The translations under genes were made by a program, and so were the position numbers. A stretch of 64,000 nt of DNA from positions 44,740,143 to 44,804,142 of the forward strand of contig NC_057718.1 in assembly GCF_004010195.1 (NCBI RefSeq), given 5' to 3'. Shown piece after piece: positions 38,483-52,629 of the stretch. This DNA is from Chiloscyllium plagiosum. Taxonomy: Eukaryota. Each line of letters begins with the position of its first letter. Within the stretch, counting starts at the first letter, position 1. The notes under the pieces were generated by a model. The model did not search any database, was not told where the DNA came from, and saw only the letters and a list, made by a program, of their open reading frames with translations.

Positions 38483-41400
38483 CACAGAATGAGAATGTGG
38501 AATTCAATACGCACACAGAATGAGAATGTGGAATTCAAAACACAAACAGATGTGAACATGGAATTCAATGCACAAACAGAATGAGAATGTGGAATTTAAG
38601 ACACAAACCGATGAGAATGTGGAATTCAATACAGAAACAGACGACAATGTGGAATAAAATAGGCAAACAGATGAGAATGTGGAATTCAATATGCAAACAG
38701 ATGAGAATGTGGAATTCAATACACATTTAGAATGAGAATGTGGAATTCAATACGCAAACAGAATGATAATGTGGAATTCAATACACATTTAGAATGAGAA
38801 TTTGGAATTCAATACACAAACAGAATGAGAATGTGGAATTAAATATGCAAACAGATGAGAATGTGGAATTCAATACGCAAACAGATGAGAATGTGGAATT
38901 CAATACACATTTAGAATGAGAATGTGGTATTCAATATGCAAACAGAATGATAATGTGGAATTCAATACACAAAGAGAATGAGAACTTGGAATTCAATACA
39001 CAAACAGAATGAGAATGTGGAATTAAATATGCAAACAGATGAGAATGTGGAATTCAATACGCAAACAGATGAGAATGTGGAATTCAATACACATTTAGAA
39101 TGAGAATGTGGTATTCAATATGCAAACAGAATGATACTGTGGAATTCAATACACAAAGAGAATGAGAATTTGGAATTCAATACACATTTAGAATGAGAAT
39201 GTGGGATTCAATATGCAAACAGAATGATAATGTGGAATTCAATACACAAACAAAATGAGAATGTGGAATTCAATACACAAACAGATGAGAATGTGGAATG
39301 CAATACACAAACAGAATGAGAATGTGGAATTCAATACATGAAAAGAACGAGTGCGTGGAATTCATTATACATTTGGAATGAGAATGTGGAATTCAATACG
39401 CAAACAGAATGATAATGTGGAATTCAATACACAAAGAGAATGAGAATGTGGAATTCAATATACAAACAGAATGAGAATGTGGAATTCAATACATGAAAAG
39501 AACGAGTGCGTGGAATTCAATATACATTTGGAATGAGAATGTGGAATTCAATACACAAAGAGAATGAGAATGTGGAATTCAATTTACAAACAGAATGAGA
39601 ATGTGGAATTCAATACACAAACAGAATGAGAATATGGAATGCAATACACAAATAGATGAGAACGTGGAATTCAACAGACAAACAGAATGAGAATGTGACA
39701 TTCAATAGACAAACAGATGAGAATGTGGAAAGCAATACACAAACAGAATGAGAATGTAGAATTCGATACCCAAACAGAATGATAATGTGGAATTCAATAC
39801 ACANNNNNNNNNNNNNNNNNNNNNNNNNNNNNNNNNNNNNNNNNNNNNNNNNNNNNNNNNNNNNNNNNNNNNNNNNNNNNNNNNNNNNNNNNNNNNNNNN
39901 NNNNNNNNNNNNNNNNNNNNNNNNNNNNNNNNNNNNNNNNNNNNNNNNNNNNNNNNNNNNNNNNNNNNNNNNNNNNNNNNNNNNNNNNNNNNNNNNNNNN
40001 NNNNNNNNNNNNNNNNNNNNNNNNNNNNNNNNNNNNNNNNNNNNNNNNNNNNNNNNNNNNNNNNNNNNNNNNNNNNNNNNNNNNNNNNNNNNNNNNNNNN
40101 NNNNNNNNNNNNNNNNNNNNNNNNNNNNNNNNNNNNNNNNNNNNNNNNNNNNNNNNNNNNNNNNNNNNNNNNNNNNNNNNNNNNNNNNNNNNNNNNNNNN
40201 NNNNNNNNNNNNNNNNNNNNNNNNNNNNNNNNNNNNNNNNNNNNNNNNNNNNNNNNNNNNNNNNNNNNNNNNNNNNNNNNNNNNNNNNNNNNNNNNNNNN
40301 NNNNNNNNNNNNNNNNNNNNNNNNNNNNNNNNNNNNNNNNNNNNNNNNNNNNNNNNNNNNNNNNNNNNNNNNNNNNNNNNNNNNNNNNNNNNNNNNNNNN
40401 NNNNNNNNNNNNNNNNNNNNNNNNNNNNNNNNNNNNNNNNNNNNNNNNNNNNNNNNNNNNNNNNNNNNNNNNNGAATTCAATACACAAACAGAATGAGAA
40501 TGTAGAATTCGATACAAAAACAGGATGAGAATGTGAAATTCGATACACAAAAAGAATGACATTGTGGAATTCAATATACAAACAGAATGAGAATATGGAA
40601 TGCAATACACAAATAGATGAGAATGTGGAATTCAACAGACAAAAAGAATGAGTGCGTGGAATTCAATATACATTTAGATGAGAATGTGAAATTCAATACG
40701 CAAACAGAATGATAATGTTAAATTCAATACACAAAACAGATGAGAATGTGGAATACAATACACAAACAGAATGAGAATATGGAAGTCAATACACAAATAG
40801 AATGAGAATGTGGAATGCAATACACAAACAGATGAGAACGTTGGATTCAATATGCATACAGATGAGAATGTGAAATTCAATATGCAAACAGATGCGAATG
40901 TGGAATTCAATACGCATTTATAATGAGAATGTGGTATTCAATATGCAAACAGAATAATAATGTGGAATTCAATACACAAACAGAATAAGAATGTGGAATT
41001 CAATACACAAACAGGTGAGAATGTGGAATGCAATACACAAACAGACGAGAATGTGGAATTCGATACACAAACAGAATGAGAATGTGGAATTCAACAGACA
41101 AAAAGAATGAGTGCGTGGAATTCAATATACATTCAGATGAGAATGTGAAATTCAATACGCAAACAGAATGATAATGTCGAATTCAATCTGCAAACAGAAT
41201 GAGAATGTGGAATTCAATACACAAACACAATGAGAATGTGGAATTCAATACACAAACAGATGAGAATGTGGAATTCAATACACAAACAAATGAGAATGTG
41301 GAATGCAATAAACAAACAGATGAGATTGTGGAATGCAATACACAAACAGATGAGAATGTGGAATTCAATACACAAACAGAATGAGAATATGGAATGCAAT

Positions 41401-44400
41401 ACACAAATAGATGAGAATGTGGAATTCAACAGACAAACAGAATGAGAATGTGGCATTCAATCGACAAACAGATGAGAATGTGGAATACAATACACAAACA
41501 GAATGAGAATATGGAAGTCAATACACAAATAGAATGAGAATGTGGAATTCAACAGACAAACAGAATGAGAATGTGGCATTCAATCGACAAACGGATGAGA
41601 ATGTGGAATACAATACACAAACAGAATGAGAATATGGAAGTCAATACACAAATAGAATGAGAATGTGGAATTCAATACACAAACAGATGAGAACGTTGGA
41701 TTCAATACGCATACAGATGAGAATGTGGAATTCAATAAGCCAACAGAATGATAATGTGGGATTCAATGCATAAAGAGAATGAGAATGTGGAATTCAATAC
41801 ACAAACAGATGAGAATGTGGAATGCAATACACAAACAGATGAGAATGTGGAATTCGATACACAAACAGAATGAGAATGTGGAATTCAATATCCAAAAAGG
41901 ATGAGTGCATGGAATTCAATATACATTTAGAATGAGAATGTGGAACTCAATACGCAAACAGTATGATAATGTGGAATTCAATACACAAAGAGAATGAGAA
42001 TGTGGAATTCAATACACAAACAGAATGGAATGTGGAATTCAATACACAAACAGATGAGAATGTGGCATTCAATACACAAACAAATGAGAATGTGGAATGC
42101 ANNNNNNNNNNNNNNNNNNNNNNNNNNNNNNNNNNNNNNNNNNNNNNNNNNNNNNNNNNNNNNNNNNNNNNNNNNNNNNNNNNNNNNNNNNNNNNNNNNN
42201 NNNNNNNNNNNNNNNNNNNNNNNNNNNNNNNNNNNNNNNNNNNNNNNNNNNNNNNNNNNNNNNNNNNNNNNNNNNNNNNNNNNNNNNNNNNNNNNNNNNN
42301 NNNNNNNNNNNNNNNNNNNNNNNNNNNNNNNNNNNNNNNNNNNNNNNNNNNNNNNNNNNNNNNNNNNNNNNNNNNNNNNNNNNNNNNNNNNNNNNNNNNN
42401 NNNNNNNNNNNNNNNNNNNNNNNNNNNNNNNNNNNNNNNNNNNNNNNNNNNNNNNNNNNNNNNNNNNNNNNNNNNNNNNNNNNNNNNNNNNNNNNNNNNN
42501 NNNNNNNNNNNNNNNNNNNNNNNNNNNNNNNNNNNNNNNNNNNNNNNNNNNNNNNNNNNNNNNNNNNNNNNNNNNNNNNNNNNNNNNNNNNNNNNNNNNN
42601 NGAATTCAATATACATTTAGAATGAGAATGTGGATTTCAATACGCAAACAGAATGAGAATGTAGAATTCAATACACAAACAGATGAGAATGTGGAATTCA
42701 ATACCCAAACAGATGAGAATGTGGAATTCAATACACAAACAGAATGAGAATGAGTAATTCAATACACAAGCAGATAAGAATGTGGAATTCAATACACAAA
42801 CAGGTGAGAATGTCGAATGAAATACACAAAGACTAGAATGTGGAATTCAATACACAAACAGAATGAGAATGTGGAATTCAATACACAAACAGAATGAGTA
42901 TGTGGAATTCAATATACATTTAGAATGAGAATGTGGAATTCAATCTACAAACAGATGAGAATGTGTAATTCAATAGACAAACAGAATGAAAATGAGGAAT
43001 TCAATATACATTTAGAATGAGAATGTGGAATTCGATACACAAACAGATGAGAATGTGGAATGCAATACAGAAACGGAATGAGAATGTGGAATTCAATACA
43101 CAAACAGATGAGAATGTGGAATTCAATACGCATACAGATGAGAATGTGAAATTCAATAAGCAAACAGATGAGAATTTGGAATTGAATGCACAAAGAGAAT
43201 GAGAATGTGGAATTCAATACACAAACAGAATGAGAATGTAGAATTCAATATGCAAGCAGAATGAGAATGTGGAATTCAATACACAAACAGAATGAGAATA
43301 TGGAATGCAATACACAAACAGATGAAAATGTTAAATTCGATACACAAACAGAATGAGAATGTGAAATTTCATACACAAACAGAATGAGTATGTGGAATTC
43401 AATATTCATTTAGAATGAGAATGTGGAATTCAATGCACAAACAGATGAGAATGTGGAAAGCAATACAGAAACAGAATGAGAATGTAGAATTCGATACCCA
43501 AACAGAATGAGAATGTGGAATTCAATACACAAACAGAATGAGAATGTGGAATTCAATATACAAACAAAATGAGTATGTGGAATTCAATATACATTTAGAA
43601 TGAGAATGTGGAATTCAATACACAAACAGCATGAGAATGTGGAATTCGATACACAAACAACATGAGAATGTGGAATTCAATATACATTTAGAATGAGAAT
43701 GTGGAATTCAAGATACAAACAGAATGAGAATGTGGAATTCAATACACAAACAGATGAGAATTTGGAATTCAATATACATTTGGAATGAGAATGTGGAATT
43801 CAATACACAAACAGATGAGAATGTGGAATTCAATACACAAACAGATGAGAATATGGAATTCAATATTCAAACATTTTGAGAATGTGGAATCCGATACACA
43901 AACAGAATGAGAATGTGGAATTCAATAGACAAATAATGAGAATGTGGAATTCAATACACAAACAGAATGAGAATGTGGAATTCAATACACAAGCAGTTGA
44001 GAATGTGGAATTCAATACACAAACAGAATGGGAATGTGAAATTCAATACACAAACAGATGAGAATGTTCAATTCAATACACAAACAGAATGAGAATGTGG
44101 AATTCAATACACAAACAAAATGAGAATGTGGAATGCAATACACAAACAGAATGAGAATGTGGAATTCAATATACAAACAGAATGAGTATGTGGAATTCAA
44201 TGTACATTTAGAATGAGAATGTGGAATTCAATGCACAAACAGATGAGAATGTGGAATGCAATACACAAACAGAATGGGAATGTGGAATTCGATACACAAA
44301 CAGAATGAGAATGTGGAATTCAATACACAAACAGAATGAGTATGTGGAATTCAACACAAACAGATGAGAATGTGGAATTCAATATACATTTAGAGTGAGA

Positions 44401-45066
44401 ATGTGGAATTCAAGATACAAACAGATGAGAATGTGGAATTCAATGTACATTTGGAATGAGAATGTGGAATTCAATATACAAACAGATGAGAATGTGGAAT
44501 TCAATAGACAAACAGAATGAGAATGTGGAATTCAATACACAAACAGAATGAGAATGTGGAATTCAATACACAAGCAGATGAGAATGTGGAATTCAATACA
44601 CAAACAGATGAGAATGTGGAATTCAATATACAAACAGAATGAGAATGTGGAATTCAATACACAAACAGAATGAGAATGTGGAATTCAATACACAAGCAGA
44701 TGAGAATGTGGAATTCAATACACAAACAGATAAGAATGTGGAATTCAATAGACAAACAGTTGAGAATGTGGAATTCAATACATAAACAGAATGGGAGTGT
44801 GGAATTCAATACACAAACAGATGAGAATGTGCAATTCAATACACAAACAGAATGAGAATGTGGAATTCAATACACAAACAGATTGAGAATGTGGAATTCA
44901 ATACACAAGCAGATCAGAATGTTGAATTCAATAGACAAACAGTTGAGAATGTGGAACTCAATACACAAACAGAATGAGATTGTGGAATTCAATACACAAA
45001 CTGATGAGAATGTTGAATTCGATGCACAAATAAAATGAGTATGTGGAATTCAGTAAACAAACAGAT
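38483..45066. repeat. 30/31-bp tandem satellite (EcoRI-site unit) containing two gaps
   Basis: Consensus ACACAAACAGA(A)TGAGAATGTGGAATTCAAT repeated head to tail; N runs at 39804-40473 and 42102-42601. Confidence 0.99.
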
Positions 45067-45286
45067 CTTAATGAATGGTGGAGCACATTTGAGGTTGAAT
45101 GATCTACCTCTGCTCTTAATTCACACATTTCTTCACAGAAAGTCTTCTGGGTCATATATGTAATGTCTAGAGATAACATCCCTGCTAATTGTATCGTCAA
45201 AGCTCTTAATAATCCATTTATCACGCAAGGAAAAGGGCAATATTTCTGCTTGAAACAGGTACAGACAAGTACACAGTACAGGTACA

Positions 45287-47592
45287 CAGTACGTAGACAG
45301 GCCTACAAGGGGGCGAAGCCACTTTAAATTTACTACTGGGTAACGAGCCTGGCCAGGTGTTAGATGTGGAAGTAGGCGAGCACTTTGGAGACAGTGATCA
45401 CAATCCTGTCAACTTTACTTTAGTGATGGAAAGGGATAGGTGTACTCCACTGAGCAGGAGTTACAGCTGGGGGAAGGGAAACTATGATGCAATTAGGAAA
45501 GATTTAGGAAACGTAGATTGGGGGAGGAAACTGCAGGGGATGAGCACATTAAAAATGTGGAGCTTATTCAAGGAAAAGCTCCAGTGTGTCCTAGATAAGT
45601 ATGTACCTGTTAGACAGGGCGGACGTTATAGAACGCGTGAGCCATGGTTTACTATGAAAGTGGAATCTATGGTCAAGAAGAAGAAGAAGGCTTATGATAG
45701 GGCAAAATGTGAAAACTCAGATAGGGTGCTTGAGGGTTACAAGGAAGCCAGGAAAGACCTAAAACAAGAGCTCAGAAGAGCCAGGAGAGACATGAGAAGT
45801 TGTTGGCGGATAGGATCAGGGTTAATCCTAAGGCTTTCCATAGGTATGTCAGGAATAACAGAATGACAAGAGTTAAATTAGGCCAATCAAGGATAGTAGT
45901 GGGAAGTTGTGTGTGGAGACAGAGGAGATAGGGGAAACACTAAATAAATATTTTTCAACAGTGTTCAACATAGAAAATGACAATGTTGGTGAGGAAGATA
46001 CAGAGATACTTTCATCTAAACTAGAAGAGGTTGAGGTTCATAAGCAAGAGGTATTGGAATTATTACAGAATGTGAAGATAGACAAGTCCCCTGGGCCAGA
46101 TGGGATCTATCCTAGGATCCTCTGGGAAGCAAGGGAAGAGATTGCCAAGCCTTTGGCATTGATCTTCAAATCATCATTATCTGCAGGAATAGTGCCTGAG
46201 GACTGGAGGACAGCAAATGTGGTTCCCCTGTTCAAAAAGGGTAGTAGAGACAACGCTGGTAATTACAGACCAGTGAGTCTCACTTCAGTTGTTGGTAAAG
46301 TGTTGGAAAAGGTCATAAGAGATAGGATTTATAACCATCTAGAAAAGAATAGTCTGATCAGGCACAGTCAGCACAGTTTTGTGAAGGGTAGGTCGTGCCT
46401 AACGAATCTTATTCAGTTTTTTGACAGTCACCAAACAGATAGATGAGAGTAAACCGGTTGATGTGGTGTATATGGATTTCAGCAAGGCGTTCGATAAGGT
46501 TCCCCACAGTAGGCTATTATACAAAATGCTGAGGAATGGGATAAGTAATTGGCTTACTGAAAGAAAACAGAGGGTTGTAGTTGATGGAAAATGTTCATCT
46601 TGGTGTCCAGTTACTAGCGGCATACCACAAGAGTCAGTGTTAGGTCCACTGCTGTTCGTCATTTTTATAAATGACCTGGATGAGGGCACAGAAGGGTGGG
46701 TTAGCAAATTTGCGGACGACACTAAGGTAGGTGGAGTTGTGGATAGTGATGAAGGATGTAGTAGGTTGCAGAGAGACATAGATAGGATGCAGAGCTGGGC
46801 TGAGAGGTGGCAAATGGAATTTTATGTGGACAAGTGTGAGGTGATACACTTTTGATGGAGTAATCGGAATGCAGAGTACTGGGCTAATGGTAGGATTCTA
46901 GGGAGTGCGGATGAGCAGAGGGATCTCGGTATCCATGTACATAGATCCCTGAAAGTTGTCACCCAGATTGACAGTGTTGTTAAGAAGGCATACAGTGTTT
47001 TGGCCTTTATTAATAGAGGGATTGAATTCTGGAACCAGGAGCTATACAAAGCTCTGGTGCGGCCACACTTGGAGAATTGTGTACGGTTCTGGTCACCGCA
47101 TTTTCAGAAGGATGTTGAAGCTTTGGAGAGGTGCAGAGGAAATTTACTAGGATGTTGCCTGGTATGGAGGGAATGTCTTACGAGGAAAGGCTGAGGGCCT
47201 TGAAGCTGTTTTCGCTAGAGAGAAGAAGGTTGAGAGGTGACTTAGTAGAGATGTACAAGATAATCAGAGGGTTAGATAGGGTGGACAGGGAGAGCCTTTT
47301 TCCAAGCATGGAGAAGGCAAACATGAGGGGACACAGCTTTAAAGTGAGGGGAGAAAGGTATAAGACAGATGTCAGAGGTAGTTTCTTTACTCAGAGAGTA
47401 GTAAGGATATGGAATGCATTGCCTGCAATGGTAGTAGATTCGCCAAGTTTAAGTTCATTTAAGTCTTCATTGGACAGGCATATGGATGTAAATGGAATAG
47501 TGTAAATGGATGGGCTTCAGATTAGTAAGACAGGGCGGCGCAACATTGAAGGCCGAAGGGCCTGTACTGCGCTGTAATGTTCTATGTTCTAT
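45287..47592 (+). mobile_element. Young 5'-truncated CR1 LINE (end of endonuclease plus RT), frameshifted
   Basis: ORFs with 'GDSDHN', 'KSPGPDGIYP', 'NYRPVSLTS', '[13 protein letters not shown]' and 'SKFADDTK'; tail (TGTTCTA)n. Confidence 0.97.
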
Positions 47593-47949
47593 TCGATTGG
47601 TCTCCCTAGCAAAATTAAAGGACACACCACTATTTACGTTTTGATTGAGCACAATCACCACCCAAGCCACTAGATGTATATGTTTGGAACAAATAATCTG
47701 TTGCTCAGTAAGTACATTGCAGACTTTATTATGGCCTTGAAAAGATTGTTCATTCATTGTAATTTTAGAAAATGTCAAAACAGAGCATTGTGAGGCAGAA
47801 TTATTTGTGGATTTCAAAATGTGTGCATTCACAAAAAGTTAATGACATTGTCAATGTTGACTTTTGAAATAGCTTGCTAAACAAATATTTATGGCATGCT
47901 GAAGTAAGTTGCATAAGTGTATGCGGAAGACTAATTACAGCAGTTAGCG

Positions 47950-49300
47950 ATATCAGTGGTACAAAAAGACGTCCTATTACCAGTGGTCCAGCCATTATGG
48001 TGCACAGAGCTGTCCATTTGTGAAAGCAAAGTGCTGCAGCTGCAATAAGGGTCATCTTGCCAAGACATGTCACAATAAGATAAACAAATAGAACATTGGC
48101 TGGAGAAAATGACAGAAGCTGCATGCGGTTGGTGAACAGCAGCAGACTAATGAGGGGTTAGTTGAGATCAATATAGTCAAAAGCTGGAGGAATTCCTATG
48201 AACATGTCGGGCAATGTGGTCCATGTGGCAGTGGATGGCGTTCCAGTTAACATGGAGCTCAACATAAGTGCATGAGTTAGCTATATTGTGTAAAGGTGGG
48301 TCAACACTGGCTGGAGAAATCGCAAATATGCAGTTGAAAAATTCCCATAATTAGATGTGTGTCAGTTCTGGTCATATATAATGAGTGACGGACAAAAACA
48401 CCCATCGTTGTAGTGAATAGCGAAAAACCAGCCTTGTTAGGAAGAAACCAGCTGGTAACACAAAGTTTAATCAAAATGAGCTTTAACGTATTGAAGCAAA
48501 ATGATCATCAAAAGACAATATGATTGACAAAGAAAGGACCACAAGTCCATCTTATTTCAGGTTGAGTTCCATTCCCTACATTCTAAAAGAGAAGGAAAAG
48601 TAAAAATAGCAAAGACTTGAAACTGGGTAAAGTACAGCAGAAGAATTGGGTGCTGTCATGATAGTAATGCCAAAATCTGTGTAAGAATATGTGGAAATTA
48701 TAACATATGGTAAATCAGGTAGTGGAAAGTAACTTATCTGATAAATTGCCAAAAGTGGAAGATCTGTTCATAATGTTATCAGGAAGACATTTTTTTCCAA
48801 AATTTAGATCTGACAAATGCCTATCTGCAACTTGAGTTAGATGATGTGTTTAAGTCATACTTGACCATCAATATACACATGAATCTATCTCATTTTCAAA
48901 AGGTGCAATTTGTCAGCTCCTGGCCATTTCTAAGATATGACGAACCAGATTTTGCATGGAATTTGGAGATGAACAAGTATTTGGATGACTTATTTAAGCT
49001 TTAAATAGGTAGGTTCATGATGTCAGACTGAAAGAGCTGCTCTAACATTTGGAAAGGAATGGAGTTTGGGCAAAAGCACACAAATGTGAAATGTTTCAAA
49101 ACTCTACACAGTAGTTGGGTCACAGGGGAGACAAGGATGGGTTGCATTCTACCCAGAGTAAGGTTCTAGTATTAAGAAATGTGCCACACCCTCAGAACAT
49201 CGCTGTGCTCAGATCTTTTTAGGACTGGTAGATTATTAGTGAAGAGTAAATTCGCACCAAATTTGGTAACATTATTGAGTCCATTGAGTGCTCTTCATAT
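47950..49300 (+). mobile_element. Decayed Gypsy/Ty3 gag-pol remnant
   Basis: Zinc knuckle CCSCNKGHLAKTC (48032-48070), RT 'LDLTNAYLQLELDD' (48804) and 'YLDD' (48978). Confidence 0.85.
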
Positions 49301-49429
49301 ATGACTGGATTCCTCACATATCAAATGACCACATACATAAATATAAATAAGAACGTAATACATAACCAAATAAAGGCTACACCATTGTGGTATTTGTTGT
49401 TTCATGATGTCGACAAATTTTTATGTATA

Positions 49430-50150
49430 AAATTATCTACAAACTTTTTCAAAGGGGTAACCAGGTTTGTAGGTGCAGACAATACATTTGTTATAGTCTA
49501 CCTGGAGTTCAACAAAGATCCTATAATGAAGATTGATAGTTAAGGTAAGAGCCGATGGCATCCAAGGTAACTTGGCAAATTAGATCCAGAATTGGCTGAA
49601 TGATAGTAAACAGAGGGTGATGGTCATGGGAATATGTGCAATTCTGGGATCTACATTATAGGAGGGTTGTGACTGTACTGAAGTGGTTGCAGAGGAGATT
49701 TACCAGGATGTTGCCTGGGCTGGACAGTTTTAGTGAGAAGATAGATTGGATAGACCATGGTTCTTTCCCTTAGAACAGAGGAGACTGAGGGGGGCCATGA
49801 CTGAGATGTATATAATTATTAAGGGCAAAGGCAGGGTGGACAGGAAGAAACTTTTCCCTTTGATGGAGGAACCAATGACGCAGGGCGATATACTTAAAGG
49901 TAAGAGACAGGATGTTTAAAGGGAATGTGGTGAAACCGATTTTCACCAACAGGGTGCTAGCAATCTGGAACTCATTATCAGTAAGGGTATTAGAGGCCGA
50001 ATTCCTCATAACATTAAAAAGTATCGAGATGCGCACTTCTGATGCCATTGCATTCAAGGCTATGGGCCAAGTGCTGGAAAATGGAATTTGAATAATTAGG
50101 TGGTTGTTTTTAGTCAGTGCAGACCCGATGGACTGAAGACCTCTATGACT
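49430..50150 (+). mobile_element. CR1 3' fragment with deletions
   Basis: 'LQRRFTRMLPGL', 'LEQRRLRG' and 'FTNRVLAIWNSL'. Confidence 0.85.
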
Positions 50151-51478
50151 CTGCCATTGTCAATCAAGGTATTGTTTAGAAAGAAAATGTTCCACTTATT
50201 AATCTCTGTCCTATTAATTTAAATGGCCAATCACAAAATATGTTATCTGTTATCTTATGACAATATCAGAATACCATAAGAGGAATAATTAGTTAGACAT
50301 TTCAACCAAACTATTTGTCCAGAAATCTAATCCACTACCACTAACTAACAGCTTTAAAGGCTTTTGTTAGAATTAGTAGTAAACAGTAAAAACGTTTACG
50401 TTTGAATTATGTAGTAAAATATACAAAATTTAAAAGAATACTTGTAGCATTTTGGGATTTATCCAGAAGGTCCACACAAAAAAGAAATTATTTTCTGATG
50501 TAAAACAAAAACAATCATCGTTGTGCAATTGTTACACCAATTCCAAATTTCAGGCCAACCAGTTTCTAAGTATTCTCCTGCTACTGTTTACTCTATGCTC
50601 TTACAGTGCTCACTCCAATAATTTTGTAATGATTTGTATTGTAAGTAGGAATTTTGTGATATCATGTGACATACACAGATATGAGCATCATACTGAGTTG
50701 GGTCTTCTAATTGCAGCAACTGTAGGAACGCATTCATTTGAAGCAATTGTGAAATGACCATAAATTTTATGTTAAACAGATCTTCTTGTTGAATTAGTTG
50801 TAACATTGGCAATTATATTTGGACAGTGCTTAAAGGTTTAGCCTGACAATCAGAATTCAATTATAATTTTAGCTGAAGCTGTACACAGCCTTGGACTGAA
50901 GTGAATATAATTAATGTTGTCTGTGGCGTGCGTTGTCTCAGCAGGAGTGCTTGACTTCTTTAACATAAGACAGCGAGTGTCATTCAAGTACTAGAATTCA
51001 AAACTCACACCATTAACCTTTTGCAAGCCATAAGTTTCCTTTACCTTGTGCATTGTGATGTACAATTTCTGAAAACATTCTTTTGTTAGTAGTAAGCATC
51101 AAATAAGACTCAATTATTGCTTGCTAATAATAATGGTTATGTGACACTTATCAAAAAGTTGTGATGGAAAAGTTGATTAACCCTCAAAAAAGACATGAGG
51201 ATCATGGTATGTGATTAACCCATACATGTTCGTTGTGCTGCAGGCAGCACACTAGATATGTACTATCTGCTGCTTTACATGATGTTGCATGTAGTCAATA
51301 CTATTTGTACTGCTCACTGCCTGTGCATTTATGCAGAAAGTCCCAGATCAGCAATTGGCTAATGCTACTTGAAGACAGTCTGCACCAAAGGGAAGTGCAA
51401 TGCAACTGCAAGAAATGGTGGGAGGTTTTACAGAAGGGAGTCAGGGCTGTGATACTTTGAACATTGGCTGAAGATGTG

Positions 51479-51680
51479 AGAAAGCAAGAACCAAAGTTTT
51501 CAGAATCTAAAGTATTGAAGGCCTTGGTGGAAGAAATAGAACAAAGTTAGGACAGTGTTTGCACATATGCTCAGGAGACAGCAGCAAAGGCAGAGATCGC
51601 TGTTAAGAGTGTAGTTCCAAGAATATTGAAACGGTGTAGGAAGAAGTTTAACAATCCCTCAAAAGTCATCAAGGTGAATG
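51479..51680 (+). mobile_element. Harbinger-type Myb/SANT-like ORF remnant
   Basis: 'RKQEPKFSESKVLKALVEEIE' ... 'PRILKRCRKKFNN', followed by aag|gtgaat; in-frame stop present. Confidence 0.6.
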
Positions 51681-52629
51681 GGTTCAAGGTTCAAATGATA
51701 TATCTGTCCAACTGAGCCTCCAGCATCATTCACTGCTCAAATCACTGAGCACCTACCTATCAAAACATCACCTGAGATCAGTACTGAAGCTCAATATTCA
51801 ATGTTTTACCTCACAGTGATTCATTTAAAGTTGGTGCAAGCCTCACAGCTATAACTTGCAAGCTCACACACACTGACAGCTATTCAACCATGATAACAAC
51901 ATCACCTGGCTATGTTACAGGATGCACACTGGCAAACTTCTCTCTGTATTGTATGAGAACATGGCAAATAACAGTGGGCAACAGAAGAAGAAGCACACCT
52001 GCATTTATTAACCTCCATGTAAAAGATAGAGTTGGTGGTGGAGAGCTTTACATTCGGAATAGCTACTGTGGGTGTGTGAAAGGACCTAAGTCCTATTGAT
52101 GTTAGATCACATTCAGCTAGAGTCTGAGTCTGTAGGGCTCCAAACGTCATGCTGTGTTATTTTGCCTAGTAACTAGTTGTGTTTACCAAAGTTTGTTAAC
52201 ATTCATAGAGTGATAGGGGTCTACAGCACAGAAAAAAATCACTTTGGCCCTTAGGATCTTGGTCAGTCAAAAACAATTACCTATCCTATTCCCATTTTAT
52301 AGTTGGCCCATATATGCTTTGGCACAGCAATGTAGACCTCATCTTACTACATTAATTTCTGCAGCCCTGTCAGTGGTTAATGACAAGGGTACCTGCATTA
52401 CTAGTTATCGGTCTCTTATCCCACCTCTCCCTTATCTCACAATCTCTTCTGATTCAGTACCAATAGATGATGTAAATGTGCACTTCTCAATTTCACCTCT
52501 CCCCTCATCACAATCCAATCCTTGTTCACTTCATTAACTCTCCCGGTACACTACGCATCTTCTTCTTCCTCTATATTGTTTCTTTCTTTAGCCTATCATC
52601 CTTCCAAATTAGTTTTAATACTTCCCACA

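Noticed and set aside
38504..44855. Repetitive ORFs (ENVEFNTQTD, MRMWNSIHKQ, LNSTFSSVC)
   Set aside because: Translations of the satellite; mixed 30- and 31-bp units break the frame.
38483..45066. CRISPR-like array (30-bp repeats with a palindromic GAATTC core)
   Set aside because: Units are contiguous with no unique spacers, there are no cas genes, and the context is vertebrate.
45357..47505. Active autonomous RT gene
   Set aside because: 5'-truncated and split into several frames by indels and stops.
51044..51067. 24-nt minus-strand micro-exon candidate
   Set aside because: Too short to distinguish from chance; all frames are open.
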